A DNA stretch of 62,127 nt, counting the filler, from Sphacelaria rigidula (taxonomy: Eukaryota), in NCBI GenBank assembly GCA_964200075.2. It is 8 parts of 8 records of this genome, joined end to end, with 100 filler letters (N's around TTAATTAATTAA, not from the genome) between each part and the next. Parts side by side here need not be neighbours in the genome. Positions count along the whole stretch, not along the records: positions 23,338 to 31,015 come from CAXNAA020013818.1; positions 31,116 to 38,793 come from CAXNAA020013819.1; 6 more parts are not named here. One strand, given 5' to 3'. A program made the translations under genes and the position numbers. The notes beneath the pieces are model-generated. The model was not told the DNA's origin, did not search any database, and saw only the letters and a list, made by a program, of their open reading frames with translations. This document shows, in pieces, positions 25,021 to 37,280 of the stretch (its first letter is position 1; every line of letters starts with the position of its first letter).

Positions 25021-25128
25021 TTGACCCTTAGACCGCGATGCGGGTAGTCCATGTGGATCACGCACGCTTTTCCCAGTGAGCTTGATGCCGATTCAGCAGG
25101 TGACGTACCCTCTCGGTCAAGGGGTTAA
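25021..25128. mobile_element. Diverged copy of the ~100-bp piggyBac-type MITE (inverted relative to 34284-34381)
   Basis: ttga-cccttagaccgcga ... ggtcaagggg-ttaa; internal ttgatgccgattca is the reverse complement of tgaatcggcatcaa in the other copy. Confidence 0.75.
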
Positions 25129-25863
25129 ACTGGAACTGGCGACGGGGACGCCAGTTTATCCAGTTTATTTGAGGTTTGCCGTTACCGGCTATTTTGTTTT
25201 CACGAATTCTAGTACTGTTGTTGTTGTTGTCGTCGTCTTCATATTAAAAACCGTTCCGATATCTGCGCGGTACATTCGCACTGGGCATCTGATGCGGAGG
25301 CCTTCCGTGGTCACAGGCTAGCAAAAAAAAAGAAAAAGTCTCAGATTAAAACTCAAAAAACGCGATACAAGCATAACAGGGATAAAGAATAAAGGAGAGT
25401 ACATATGGCTAACCTCAGAAGATCCGGTGCCGCAGGTGGCCATTCGGACTTCAGGGGGTGGCACCCGGCTTTCCAACTCGTATGGTGAGTTTATGTAAAG
25501 ATGCTTAGGCTGGATGTTATGGCTAACAGATTTTTGGCCCACGGATCGTTCACTTTTGGGACGCTTGACCCCACCTTTTGACCCCCAAACAGGGAAAACC
25601 GCCAACACACCAAACTGGGGGGGGTCGGCAAGCACAGATTTTTGCGCACGATTTTTTGTTCAGCGGCTAATCTCGAAACCTCGGAGCCATGGTCGACGGC
25701 TGATCCATCGAACGAGGAAAATGAAGGAGGAAAAAAGGAGGTGTGACTTGTACGCCAATCCGCAATCCCCAATTGGCAATTGGCATCTTCTTCGACGATA
25801 TTGACAAAAAAAAAAAATCATGACAACTTTCCAGACCTTGTACAGCTATGACTCACAACTAAC

Positions 25864-26700
25864 TTAGTTGTTTATCGACCAGCTGCCGGCTGGTTGTTTT
25901 CAAACAACTAGTTGCGCACGATTATGAGAGATTAGTTGTTTGGAAACAACTAGTTGCACACGATTCTGAAAGAGTAGTTCCTTGGAAACAACTAGTTGCG
26001 CACGATTTTGGAACATTAGTTGTTTGGAAGTAAGTGTCTTGCGCACGATTCTTAGCAGTTAGTTGTTTGGAGACAACGAGTTGCACACGATTCTGAACAA
26101 GTGCTTGTTTGTTGGCCCGGTAGTTGTCAATATCGTGGAACCATTACAATTAGACCGTTGGTTGAGATCGAGCTGACTCGTGAACATGTAAGCACCCCAA
26201 GCACTCACACACAAACGCACACGAGAGACCAAGCGCATCAGATGGCAGTTGTGCCACCAGCTGCACCTACACCAGCACCAGCAGCAGATGGTGGCCAGCA
26301 AATGCGTGTGTGTTTCGATGTCGGAGGGGAACTGTGGTTGATCAAGCCAGTTAGACGTGGTGGATACATGAAACAGCAGTAAAGACTAAAACCTTGAACG
26401 TGTCATGCTTACGCTCAGAACGACAAGTGCTTTTGCTTTGCATCACATTGCATGCTCATGTCGGCCTCATCTTTCTGACCTACTCCCTGTCCTGCACAGA
26501 TACGTATTCATACCACTACTATACAGCGTTTTAGTTTTCCCGACTACAACCAACTACAGTTAGTTGTTTGTCGACCAACTGCCTCGTAGGTGTTTGGAAA
26601 CAGCAAGTTGCGCACGATTCTAAACAGTTGGTTGTTTGGAAACAAGTAGTTGTACACGGTTCTGAACAGTTGTTATAGTTATTTTAGAAACAACTACCAA
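25864..26700. repeat. 42-bp palindromic tandem array in two clusters (25891-26101, five units; ~26560-26695, two to three units)
   Basis: Unit TAGTTGTTT-GG-AAACAACTA-GTTGCGCACGATT plus ~9 variable nt, starting at 25891, 25933, 25975, 26017, 26060. Both clusters are preceded by ttagttgttt.tcgacca.ctgcc. Confidence 0.9.
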
Positions 26701-27399
26701 CTATTGTAGTTGTATAGGGTGTGAAACTTTCGAAAAATCGCCTCCGGGAGGGAGGGAGGGCTCCGTGTCCGAAAATCTTGTCCCGACAGATCCTCGCCAC
26801 AACCATAAAAAAGAACATATGAACAATGACTTGCTGTTCAATTACATGCGTGCGTGTTTGTCGGCCCGCGAACGTAGAATAATTTTGCGCTCTCATCCCC
26901 ACATACTACCAGCCTTGGCTTCCTTGTTCCTATCCTCCGCTCATCACGGAGGGTCTGCTGCTGCATGCTACCAATGAATTACTTTAGAATCGCTGCCCGC
27001 TTTGAAGCCTCTTGGTTCCTCATTGTGCGGGGTCACGTTTCGTACAACTTTCCACATTTTTGGAGGGAAAACAAGCCAAATACCGCAATTTTCTCGCCTC
27101 CGGTGGCGTTTCCGCGAGGTCCCCCCCACCAGTCGGGGGACCCTTGGGACTTGCGGCTTCGCCGCTCGCCACCGATGTGTTTGCACTTAATTGGCGCCGA
27201 TTAACTGGGAGAACATCGATGTACAGGCCGCTGGCGCGGCCAGTTTGAACTAAACCTGGCCAAAGCTGCCAGTTCATAGCCCTACCATTATTCGGTTTTT
27301 TAGTGGGGCTGACAGCCCCAACTGCCCCTAGCGTGCGCAGAACGCATTTTTGTCAAAATCAACCTCCGAATTTGCGTGCTTCGAATCGAAAAAGCCAAG

Positions 27400-27950
27400 C
27401 GAAATTCGTCAAGCTGTACTTGTTCACTTGTATTCAACACAGACGACAGTACAGACGGTACAGACAGTACTACCCGCATTGTGTGTGTGTGTGTTTCGTA
27501 CAGCATGTAGGCGCGATGTGGAAAATAAGCGGGCAACGTGACATGCAGACAGCGGAGCTGTCTGTACTCTCTGCATACATGAGGATGCGAAGAATATTTG
27601 AACTGCGTGCAGGTTTGCACTGCCTCTACTGTCCATGAGCGTGTTTGCAATTCGGTTGCCCACCCCAACACGCAAATCCGTCGGTGGATTCCTCTACAAA
27701 ACTAGATGCCCAGGTTTTCGCCAACAAAAAAAAAACATTATGCCAAGAGGGTGGTGGTGTCGGTTTCCCAACACTGCAGTGTGTGTATCCCTATGCTCAG
27801 TTCGTGACCTATACTGCAGGGTTGAGTTGGTGGCTGCTGGTGAACCGTGTGGCTTTTGCATAGTTCTGTAGAGGAGTGGTGTCTGGCATCGTTGTCTGCA
27901 ACGAAAAGCTTTTTCGTACTTCACCCTGCCCGTCGCGCACAAACAATTAT
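27400..27950 (-). repeat. Diverged inverted copy of the ~700-bp dispersed element at 35766-36450 and 50747-51420
   Basis: Reverse complement contains caaccctgcag, gagcatagggata...ctgcagt..gttggg, ttgttggcgaaaac, gggcaaccgaattgc, cacgctcatggacagt. Confidence 0.8.
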
Positions 27951-29995
27951 AAATTGAACTTGAAGCCATCTGAGAACATTAATGCCGTCGACGTATCAGA
28001 TACGAGCTACCGCAGTGGGCGGTCTAACTATTCGGGGGTGTTTGAAGGTTTTACTCGCACACTACTCTTCGATAGAACTCGAAATTGCTAGCGTCGGTAG
28101 ATTTTGGTACAACAAACAGATCATCCTCGAAACACAGTGCCCAAGTCAGTGTTGGTTGGTGTTATCGGGTAATACGAGTCGATACCCCGTTTATCAGGAG
28201 GGTGTCCCTGACCGTGAAACATGGGTTTCTGGCTCTAGTGCAATTAGTAGGTAAATTTTTGAAAAATAGAACTGTACATTTATTTCTTCACAAATGTAAC
28301 CGGGACAGGCTCGATCGACCGAAAATACTAAACAGTAAGAATCTGGGCTGAAATGTGGCATTACCCCCGATGACCGGTCAGCCCGTAAGTCACTGAATAT
28401 TGAGTACAGCTTATGTTTTTCCTTGGAATGTGGAGCAGGTGCAAATATATTCAGACCATCAATGTGATAAGCGGTGGCAAGCGAAAAGAGCCCAAGAAAA
28501 TCGCCAGTGAAGAGAAATCACAAAATGCCACACAAGGAATATTTGGACCGCCCACTACTGTAATTACGACCAATTCGATTTGACCGCATGTTTTCGAGTC
28601 GAGAAACAAATAGTGAGATACGGCCTGAAGTCGAGTGATGGACGAGCTCAGCGAGTTTTGACGTTTTTTCTGATGAAAAAGTGAAGTAGAAATTCGCCCC
28701 GGGAGTACACAGGTAGTCCAAACACTTTATCTATGTGTTGTTTGCCTCTCTCTGCGGCTTGATAATTGCGTGGGGGCATGTTTTGCCCGCAGCACGCTTT
28801 TCCTGTATGAGCGTGACATGATTCGTCCGTTCTTGGTCACTGGCCGCTTGATCGTCCCATCGTCTAGCGGATGTGACTGGTCGTGCACCACCGGGAACAA
28901 GGTACAATGTCAAGGTTGCGTTCATGCAGTGCTAACGCGAGGTGGGAGTCTGCAAGGTTCAAGTAGGCGTTGATCTCTTCAGCGCTAACGACCAACTGAC
29001 TGATGACAGTGTTGTGCCTCTTAATGAGTTTCGTAAGCTACTCAGCGTGTTTGCATTTTCGACGCTTTCTACGGAAGCCCCTCCCCTCCGCCCCCCAAAG
29101 TTCCTAGTTTGGGGAGGCAAAATGTTCACGTAAGTCGAAATGGAAACCGCCGAGCACAAGGAGCAGCTGGGAATTCCCATGCTTGGGTTCGTTCTCGCTA
29201 ATGTTGCCCATATGAGGCGCTTCACGCAGCCCGAACCCAAACATCAGGCGCTGTATGACCGGTGTTTTTGTGAAAATTTTGGGCTCTGTTTTAGTAGGGG
29301 CTGTCGTAGAAAGTGTCTTCCGCAGATGACGAACATTGCGAATTTTCGGGCTGCACGCTGCACAGGTGGCCCACATGTGTCATGGGTAAAATGCACCACG
29401 CAGCGGATGTGACCGATTGTAAGAACGATAGGAATGCGCGGCAAAGTATGAGGGGCAAAATGTAGTTGATGCTTCAGAGCTGAACGAGGTGGCGTGGGAC
29501 GAGAGATGGCGGAATCATCACCGGATCTTTTGTCACGCGCCCCGCCACCCCCCTGCGAGAGCCAGCTCCCTAGAGTTGCGAGGGAGTGCTCCTGTGCCAC
29601 ACAGCTTGCGACCTCACGAAGGCACAACGCACATAATCTTGAGATCATCCCCTTTCTTTTCCCAATGTTTGAACGATTTTGCATACACCTCGTCAGTAAA
29701 GCACCGTCAGCTATGCTGATCGGGGCGCAAAAAGTGAAGGGGCTGTTTGAGGACACCATCACGATCAGAGACATGAAATCATTTTTTCCTTCATTGTCCC
29801 GGGATGTGCCGCCCAGGTACACCTGGTTTTAGAGTCCAATCTCTTGACGGGTGAGTCGCGCGCGCAGGCGATGCCCTCCCTGTTCACACCCTAGTTACTC
29901 TTGGTCATCATCCACACGCACCCCATAGCGTTGGCCTTGTCCTGGCGCTTTGAACGCGTACACTCCAAACCTGATATATATATGATATATACATA

Positions 29996-30337
29996 CGAGC
30001 TGTGCCAGCTTAGAGGCGAATTTGTAGTTTGCAGGCCCATCCACTGGCCAATATGTAGAGGTAGAGCCGGAGATTTCGTACGGATAATGGACAGGGGCAA
30101 ATCAAACAAATTACGAAAGCATCTGGAGTTTACTTTTGTTGCATAAGTTGAGGGCATTATCACTATTCAGGTCTCAGTAAAATGCCGTTAAATAACGAAA
30201 AATACAAGGGATCTGGTTTTCATCTTTTTATCTCCGCCCTATTCATGGTTCATTCCAAATTTCAAGGGCCAACTCTACAAATTGGGGTGGGAATGAGCCT
30301 GCAAACTACAAATTTGCTTCTAGGCTGACCCAGCTCG
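29996..30337. mobile_element. Tc1/mariner-type MITE (342 bp, TA TSD); another terminus at 15391
   Basis: TA|CGAGCTG...aatttgtagtttgcaggc ... gcctgcaaactacaaatt...CAGCTCG|TA with ~70-bp imperfect TIRs; tacgagctgggtcagc recurs at 15391. Confidence 0.8.
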
Positions 30338-32207
30338 TATTGGCTCGGCGACAACAGTTCAGGTGTAGGGCCACAATAGACTGCTACCCGGGCAACAGTG
30401 TGGGAATGGAGTCTACCGATAAAAATTGCTGACGGCACTAGAGGGAGAAACTTGTCGATCCACAGCGAGTAGGGACGACAATATTGGCATCTGCTGCAGC
30501 AGATTCTACTGCCATTGCAAAAGATGCCGTCCATTGTTCAGGGTGTGTACCATTACCGGCTTTCCCCCTTTCCACTCTGGCTCCAAAGTGCCAATATGCC
30601 GACTCAAAGTAACATTCGTAAACGAGTGAAACGAGAGCGTCCGATATAGAGTATCGAAACGTCAACGGAAAAAATGTGTGGATTGCACTTCGGGGCTCGC
30701 CGGTGCTACCCGACCCGACAGTAAATTTCTGGGTGCGTCACACCTCCAACCTATTTTCCCCCCGGTACGTATCCGATATATAGAATAGATATAGAATATT
30801 TCGAACTCACGAGCGTCAAGCATACTTTGTAACGAGGCGTCCACGAGATTCAATGCTGACTTTAGTGTGCAAATTCCTCCGCCCCCGCCCCGGGTGATGA
30901 CTGTTCGGGCCAATGCCAATGCTAGGGGGCTCGGGTAGCGGATTCGTGCTTTACTTTGTGCGGAGGTACACATGCTTTCGCGACCGTTCTAACGGACGCG
31001 CGATCGCGGTGGTCCNNNNNNNNNNNNNNNNNNNNNNNNNNNNNNNNNNNNNNNNNNNNTTAATTAATTAANNNNNNNNNNNNNNNNNNNNNNNNNNNNN
31101 NNNNNNNNNNNNNNNTTTGGATGAGATAAGGGGCTCCTAACAATTCTAACCTCAGAAATTTTTTCTGTACCCCTACCGTAGCATCACTCCGTTTATTTCA
31201 AAATGAAAACTGCCGGCAGCTATGTTTTCCCTCGAACAGGTGTGTTGTTCGTAATATCTATGATGCCGTCTCGAAGTCACGACAGAGAGCAAAAGGTATC
31301 ACCAGGATGGAATGCATCTCGTCTTCTATACTCGTACTCGTACTGCAGATATAGGCACAGCAACGAAAATGAAAAATGCCATTATCTGACAATCCTGGCA
31401 TCGATCGTGTGGACGGTCATTCATGATCGTTTCCTTACGGAAACTAAAACAAAAATGATATCGTATTGTGAGCGATGCAGGTGATACGACATACAGTACT
31501 GTATTGTAGGTATGGATATGGATCACCAAGCCCATAACTTCGAACAATATCGGATTTCATGTCGTTGTGTACTCCACTGTACAGCAGCCTGTCCGGGTCT
31601 CATTGATTTTCACCATAATAATCATGTGCCTGCGTGTTCGTGGGTTTCATCGAGGGTTATGGTATAAAGACTGTCTTTATCGTATGTCATAACCTTTGGG
31701 TTTTGTTTGCGTATATCGGGAGTTCAAAGAAAATGTATGCAGTACGCGCGGGCGTTCCGCCGAAAGATTTGCGATATCTTTGAATACATGCGACCTTCTG
31801 ATTGGTTGTTTATTCCTATTGGGCCGCAAGGAGAAAATGAACTTTTGAAGCATGCCCTGGCCTACAAACTATAAACTCTTCCGTCTCACACGGCGACAAA
31901 GGATAGAGGATCTGCTATATTCGAACACGGGTGGTGTTGAGCTTTCGCTGGCGTTTGTTTTGCTTGAGAGCAAGAATCGGTTGTCGCAGAAACTGAAATA
32001 TTATATTTGAGGTCACAAGCAGTACGAAGTACTCATTTTTCGGATTCTGCTGTACTTCTCGTCTGCACCAAGGATCACACACAATTCCTGAGAGCAATTT
32101 CCCGGGACTCTGGCAGCCCGGACGCACCTACAACAGACAGTATCAGCAAAGCATAGTGCTGCATCAGTACAATACAGGACCGGACTGTCTGTAGTGGAGC
32201 TAGCAGG

Positions 32208-32478
32208 ATGCCGTTTTTCTCGTCCAAGTCGAAGAAGCAGCTCAAGCAAAAGCAGGCCAAGGAGGCGGCGGAGGCCCAGGAGGATGCTAGTCGTGCGCCG
32301 TCTGGCCTCGCTGATGACTTTGTGACTGGCGTGGTGGAACAGCAGGCCGCTGAGGACATGGGCAATGAGGACCCTGACAGTCCTGCAAGTAGCACCGGCG
32401 AGGACTCCCAGCGCGGCTACGGCAGTGGCAGTATCAACAGTAGTGGTAGGGGCTACGGGAGCGGCAGCATTGCCACCG
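32208..32478 (+). CDS. Probable first coding exon of an unknown host gene
   Basis: MPFFSSKSKKQLKQKQAKEAAEAQED...RGYGSGSINSSGRGYGSGSIAT-G|gtgagc; GC3-rich codons and a canonical donor. Downstream exons were not identified. Confidence 0.68.
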
Positions 32479-34283
32479 GTGAGCAGCACAGAAAGAGATG
32501 CTCGTACTGTGTTGAGAAATTTGGTTTGAGTGTATGCGTCTAGGTTTGTTGCGATCTTCTCTCGAGAAGATTGAACTTGCGGCCGAAGAGCGGTTTCTTT
32601 CTGGTGTCAAGTGTTACATAATAGTGCGCGAGGCAGGTGGCGACGGTTACGGAACGTAACGGTCACGTTTTCACTTGAAATTTATACAAGGTATACTCGT
32701 ATGACAGACAGTAGAAATGAGAAAACTCACGTGTGGTAAAATTCATGTGTTCGCTCGTCGGCTTCACCCATGCATATGGAGAGCATGCAAACTTTGCCGA
32801 CGTTTGATGTCGCTTCTTTACGGCACAAATCGATGTAGCCATGGTACAGGTAGTATGTATCGAGATCGATCTCTTCGGGTGGCCACATGCGATGCCGTTC
32901 ACTCCTCGGACGCCAGACCTTATTTCGGAACAATATCTTCGGCTGTCATGTAACGTTGGTAACCCAGCGCCGTAGGCTCAGCAGCTCCCCCCTGCTTGCC
33001 ACCGCCACCCTCATGATAATATCGCGGGTAGTCCGTGGTTCACAAACCCTAATCCATACCATTATGCTGTCACCGGAAGCATCTGTTTTTAGTTTTTTTA
33101 GTAGAGCCAGTTCATTGAGTGATCTGGTGGTGCCTGGATCTTGTGCCCAATGGGTTGAAAGAAAGTCCAGAGAGGGAAAATCTGGACAAAACCCAGATAA
33201 GACCATCCCTTTCTGTTTGTCTTCACGACTCCGCTACTTTGGAACCACGTCATTAGGCTTTTGCTCTTTATGCGTTTTTTATCCCAAAATATATATATGC
33301 TTCTCGTTCAAAAGGGGTGATTTTGAAGCGGAAACCTCGCCGATGCGTTACAATTACTTGATTTTAGTATCGAAGACCGAAAAACAACAACTCATCATTT
33401 ATGTGAATTATATGCGCCCATAAAGAGCAAAAGCCTACACGTCATCATTTGCTATTACTTTGTTCGGTACGTGATTTTTTCTCATCGAGATCGAAAACGA
33501 TTTCCTTTTTTCCACTCTCGAGGACCGGAAGCGATTGTACCTCCGAAGATCATGAGAGTGTGTCCCCACAACGATCAACAGCTGACAATGACAAAACCAC
33601 AACAGATTCACGGAGTTCAAAGCCTGACCAAGAGAGTTGCATAGTACCCTAAATAGTGTGCGATAGCCCTTATGATAGCTCTTCTTACTCGACCACGTAA
33701 ATGCTCACATGCCTCTTTTGGCTTATATCCGTCAGCAAGTTGGGTTGCAATGACGGTTTTCGCGAAAATGCGCAATGGTCCCATAATCGACAAGTTGGGT
33801 CGTTGGAGAGACTGCACGACTGTTTTGCCCGCATCTTCGATTCTCCCCCAAAACGAAACCAATGCACTCGATCAAGGAACATCGATTTCCATTAGTGTCA
33901 ACACTGCCATCCACTGCGCATTTCATCGTAGGTGTCCGTACTCGATTCTGCGTGCCCCGAAAAGTTGAGGCTAATTAACCGGCGTTGGGCTACAAATGTC
34001 CATGGTTGACACGAGTTTACAAGTACCGCTACCCCTAACCCTAACCCCAACCCAACGCATACCGAGAATCCTCGGGCAAGAGCGGTACATAGCATTCCCT
34101 AGGCAACGTGCGGCCTTGGTAGACCCCAAATCGGCGCCTGTGGCGCCGATTTCAACGAAAACGCGTTCTACGCACCCGAGGAGCACACGGGACTGTCAGC
34201 CCTACTAAATATCCAATTCTCGTTGTACAGACTCAAATCAAGTGATTATCAACCATGAACATTTGTGGCCCAATGCCGGTTAA

Positions 34284-34381
34284 CCCTTAGACCGCGAGGT
34301 TAGTCTTCTGTTGAATCGGCATCAATTTCAAGTGAAAAAAAGTATGCATGATCCAGAAAGACTAATCTCGCGGTCTAAGGG
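34284..34381. mobile_element. 98-bp piggyBac-type MITE with TTAA TSD
   Basis: TTAA|CCCTTAGACCGCGAG.TTAGTCTT ... AAGACTAA.CTCGCGGTCTAAGGG|TTAA. Confidence 0.92.
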
Positions 34382-35295
34382 TTAACTCTACCGGAAAAGT
34401 TTGGCACGCGTTTCATCTCGAAACCTTCTCTGACACGCACTGATGATCATGCACTCTTTTGCGCCGTGTTTTGGTATCATGAGCTCAACTTTTCGATTTC
34501 AGGGCCTGTTGCAAGCCCCGTCCCGTCTTGGCGACACACGAATCATCATTTCAAAAACATTGCAGTGGGCGGCTGGCTCAATCCCTGTGATTATTACCTG
34601 TGACATCATCTCCCTCGGGGAAAAACATCTGCGAAAATGGCTGTTGCGAAGAGGTATACTCGGGTACTTCCTCAAAATCATTTGCGCTTAAAAGCAAATG
34701 CTCGGATTGGAGTATTATTGAAGGCGGCGCATCGTGATTATCACTGTAATCACATCGCATCACTCCGTCAATGTCGAGAGATGCTCGGGTATAGCAACAG
34801 TAGTCACCTCCTGTCGCGCATAGCTTCCGCGAAGCAGATGCTGGGTGCTGTACTGTCCTGCCTCCCAAGTCAATCCCAAGTTCGGCCTCTTCCATGCAGT
34901 TGAACAATAGTTCAGCACGCTCTGGTTCAGTGGCCACGTGCAGGTTCATTGACGCCATGCCGCATATTCGCCGTGGCAAATCTGATAACTCGTGATTTCA
35001 ATCATCGCAATTTACGTTGACGATAGTTGAAATCACGACCCTATCAGATCGGAATCCGTGTTGTCCACCGCACTTTTTCGACCGAAAAGTTATGTCAGGC
35101 GGTATCTGGGCACATCGGTTTTCGATCGAAGTTGTGCGGTGGAAAACAAAAATCCCGATCTGATAGGCCGTCGTTTCATCCATCGTCTGAACTTTTGAAG
35201 ATGGTGGAAATCACAGCCCATCAGATCGGAATTTTTGTTTTCTACTGCACAATTTCGATCGAAAACTGATGTGCTACGCGTAAGATATCGCCTAA

Positions 35296-35552
35296 GGCCA
35301 ACTCTTATGGGAGCGTTTGAAATTTTAATTTGCAACAATTTCAGAGGAGTTTTTTTTTCTCTGTCATCATGGTGAACGGGCACAAAATACACGACTACGC
35401 AAAAAAAAAAAAAAAAAACTCGTTTAAAATTATTGCAAAATAAAATTTTATAAGCTCCCCTAAAAGTTGGGATATATGCNNNNNNNNNNTTAAAATTTAA
35501 CTTTAAAACAATTCAAGAGGAGTTTTTTTTTTTCATTCACCATGGAAAAAGG

Positions 35553-35592
<40 letters not shown>

Positions 35593-35643
35593 GTTTAAAA
35601 TTATTGCAAAATAAAATTATAAACGCTCCCATAAGAGTTGGCA
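35296..35643. mobile_element. PIF/Harbinger-type MITE (TAA TSD), probably duplicated artefactually across an N gap
   Basis: TAA|GGCCAACTCTTATGGGAGCGTTT ... AAACGCTCCCATAAGAGTTGGCA|TAA; two similar ~175-bp palindromic units flank Ns at 35480-35489. Confidence 0.75.
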
Positions 35644-35765
35644 TAAGGGCGTGTGTTAGCACTATTTTTTTTATCGAAAAAGTGCGGTCAAATGTTTTTT
35701 TCGCTGATCTGATAGGTCCACCGCATTTATGTTCCCAAAAGGCTTCAACTTAATATTATATTTAG

Positions 35766-36450
35766 CGGCGCGCGGAGAAGAATGCATCGAGGTGAAAAAC
35801 AATCGTTTTCGATCGAAAACGTGCCGTCGAAAGGTACGAAGCGGCACCTGACTCCTATCTTACAGACCACCACGCCAAATAACACCTGTTCACAGGACCA
35901 TGCGAACCCCATCCAACTCATTCTCAGCTACCACCGCAACCCTGCAGCATAGCGCACGAGTTGAGCCCAGGGATAAATACACTGCAGTAGTTGGGTGTGC
36001 ATTGTTTATTTTTGTTGGCGAAAACTTGCGCATCTTCTCTCATGGTGGGGATCAGCGAGGGAACTGCGTGGTACGGTGGGCAACCGAGTTGCGTGCACGC
36101 TCATGGACAGTGCAGCCAGTACAAGGCTGCAAGTTGCTGAAGTCATTTTCATGTCGCATTGTAAGCAGAGAGAACTGATAGTCCTGGGCTGTCAGCACTG
36201 CACGTCGCCCGCTTCTCTTTTATATCCTCCTGAACGAAACACGCACATACGCACCCAGGACACTACTTGCAAGCAGTACAGATAGTATAAACTGTCTGTA
36301 CTGTACACGAATGACCATGTGCCGTTTCACGAATTTCACTGTATTTTTTCAAGTGAAAGCGTGAAGATCCATCTGGACCCACCTGCATCAAAACGACAAT
36401 TTTCCGCTCAAATCTAATCCACCGCCACTTTTTTTCGATCGAAAAAAAAA
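35766..36450 (+). repeat. ~700-bp dispersed element; close copy at 50747-51420; TTTCGATCGAAA-rich repeats extend to ~35020
   Basis: Long colinear identity, e.g. gaagcggcac.tgactcctatcttacagaccaccacgcca.ataacacctgttcacag. Confidence 0.88.
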
Positions 36451-36920
36451 GTGCTGAGACACGCCCGAAGACACGGCCTAAGACGCCCATTAAGACCCAA
36501 AGCTGGTCGTTATGGATGACGCAAAACGATTTTCAAATGATTTTTCGAGTCCCGTCAAGATGCGATCTTCAAAGGACCAGAAGAACCGCGTGGTGATTAA
36601 TGCCCTTCGATTGGTACTTGCGATATCACCCCCCCCCGCCCCGCAGGAAAAACAAAATCGAAAATGACGGTTGAAAAGTCTTACTGGGCTTTCTGAATTC
36701 GCTGAAGCTGCTCAAGATTTGTTTTCCTCACAGGAAAGCATTACAACACGGCGCGTTGTCGTCATCATTCGTTCTACATCACAACACTCCGCCGGCATGG
36801 AGAAACTCAAATATGTGGTAAATAATATATAGCAGCAGTTACTTCCTACGGAGCGCACGATGCCTCCAGGGGGGAGTGCACAGTCTCCGCGGGTTAGACT
36901 GTGCTTTGCTGTTCTATGTG

Positions 36921-37280
36921 TGTGTGTTGTCGTCCCATCTATTCCGAGCGCCGGTCTACACTTTTTGGTATATGTGGGCGCACCAGCCGGGGTCACACAG
37001 GAGGAAGGTCAACACAGGAGCTTTCTTCTTTTTTTTCAGTTGTTTTTAGTACCCCACCTTCCTTCTGTGGTGCTTGCCTTTAGTTTTTTATCGCGAGAGG
37101 GGCTCAGCAGTCCCTTTCCCTCGTCTACCGTTAGGTCGAACTTTGTGTACCCACGACATGGTCGCTCTGCACGGTTGGGCATAGTGTGAGAAAAAATCCC
37201 AGATCGATGCGAGATTTGAACCCACGACCCAACCGTCATGAGGTTTCGGGGTTACCAACTGAGCCACCGGGGCGACCGGC
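36921..37280 (-). mobile_element. tRNA-derived SINE, family B, with a 12-bp TSD
   Basis: Head GCCGGTCGCCCCGG-TGGCTCAGTTGG (A box)...GGTTCAAATC (B box); (AC)-rich tail; ctgttctatgtg repeated at 36909-36920 and 37281-37292. Confidence 0.88.

Noticed and set aside
25891-26101. CRISPR array
   Set aside because: The variable parts are only ~9 nt and resemble one another, the repeats are degenerate, no cas genes are present and the context is eukaryotic.
28770-29850. Possible decayed gene fragments (also 48463-48900 and 53400-53926)
   Set aside because: Protein-like stretches with stops but no identifiable motif; they cannot be supported without a database search.
34032-34055. Telomeric (CCCTAA)n
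   Set aside because: Only about two perfect units, internal to a small repeat.
35296-35643. Genuine tandem MITE dimer
   Set aside because: The two units flank an N gap and have low-quality poly-A runs; they are likely the same element read from both sides.
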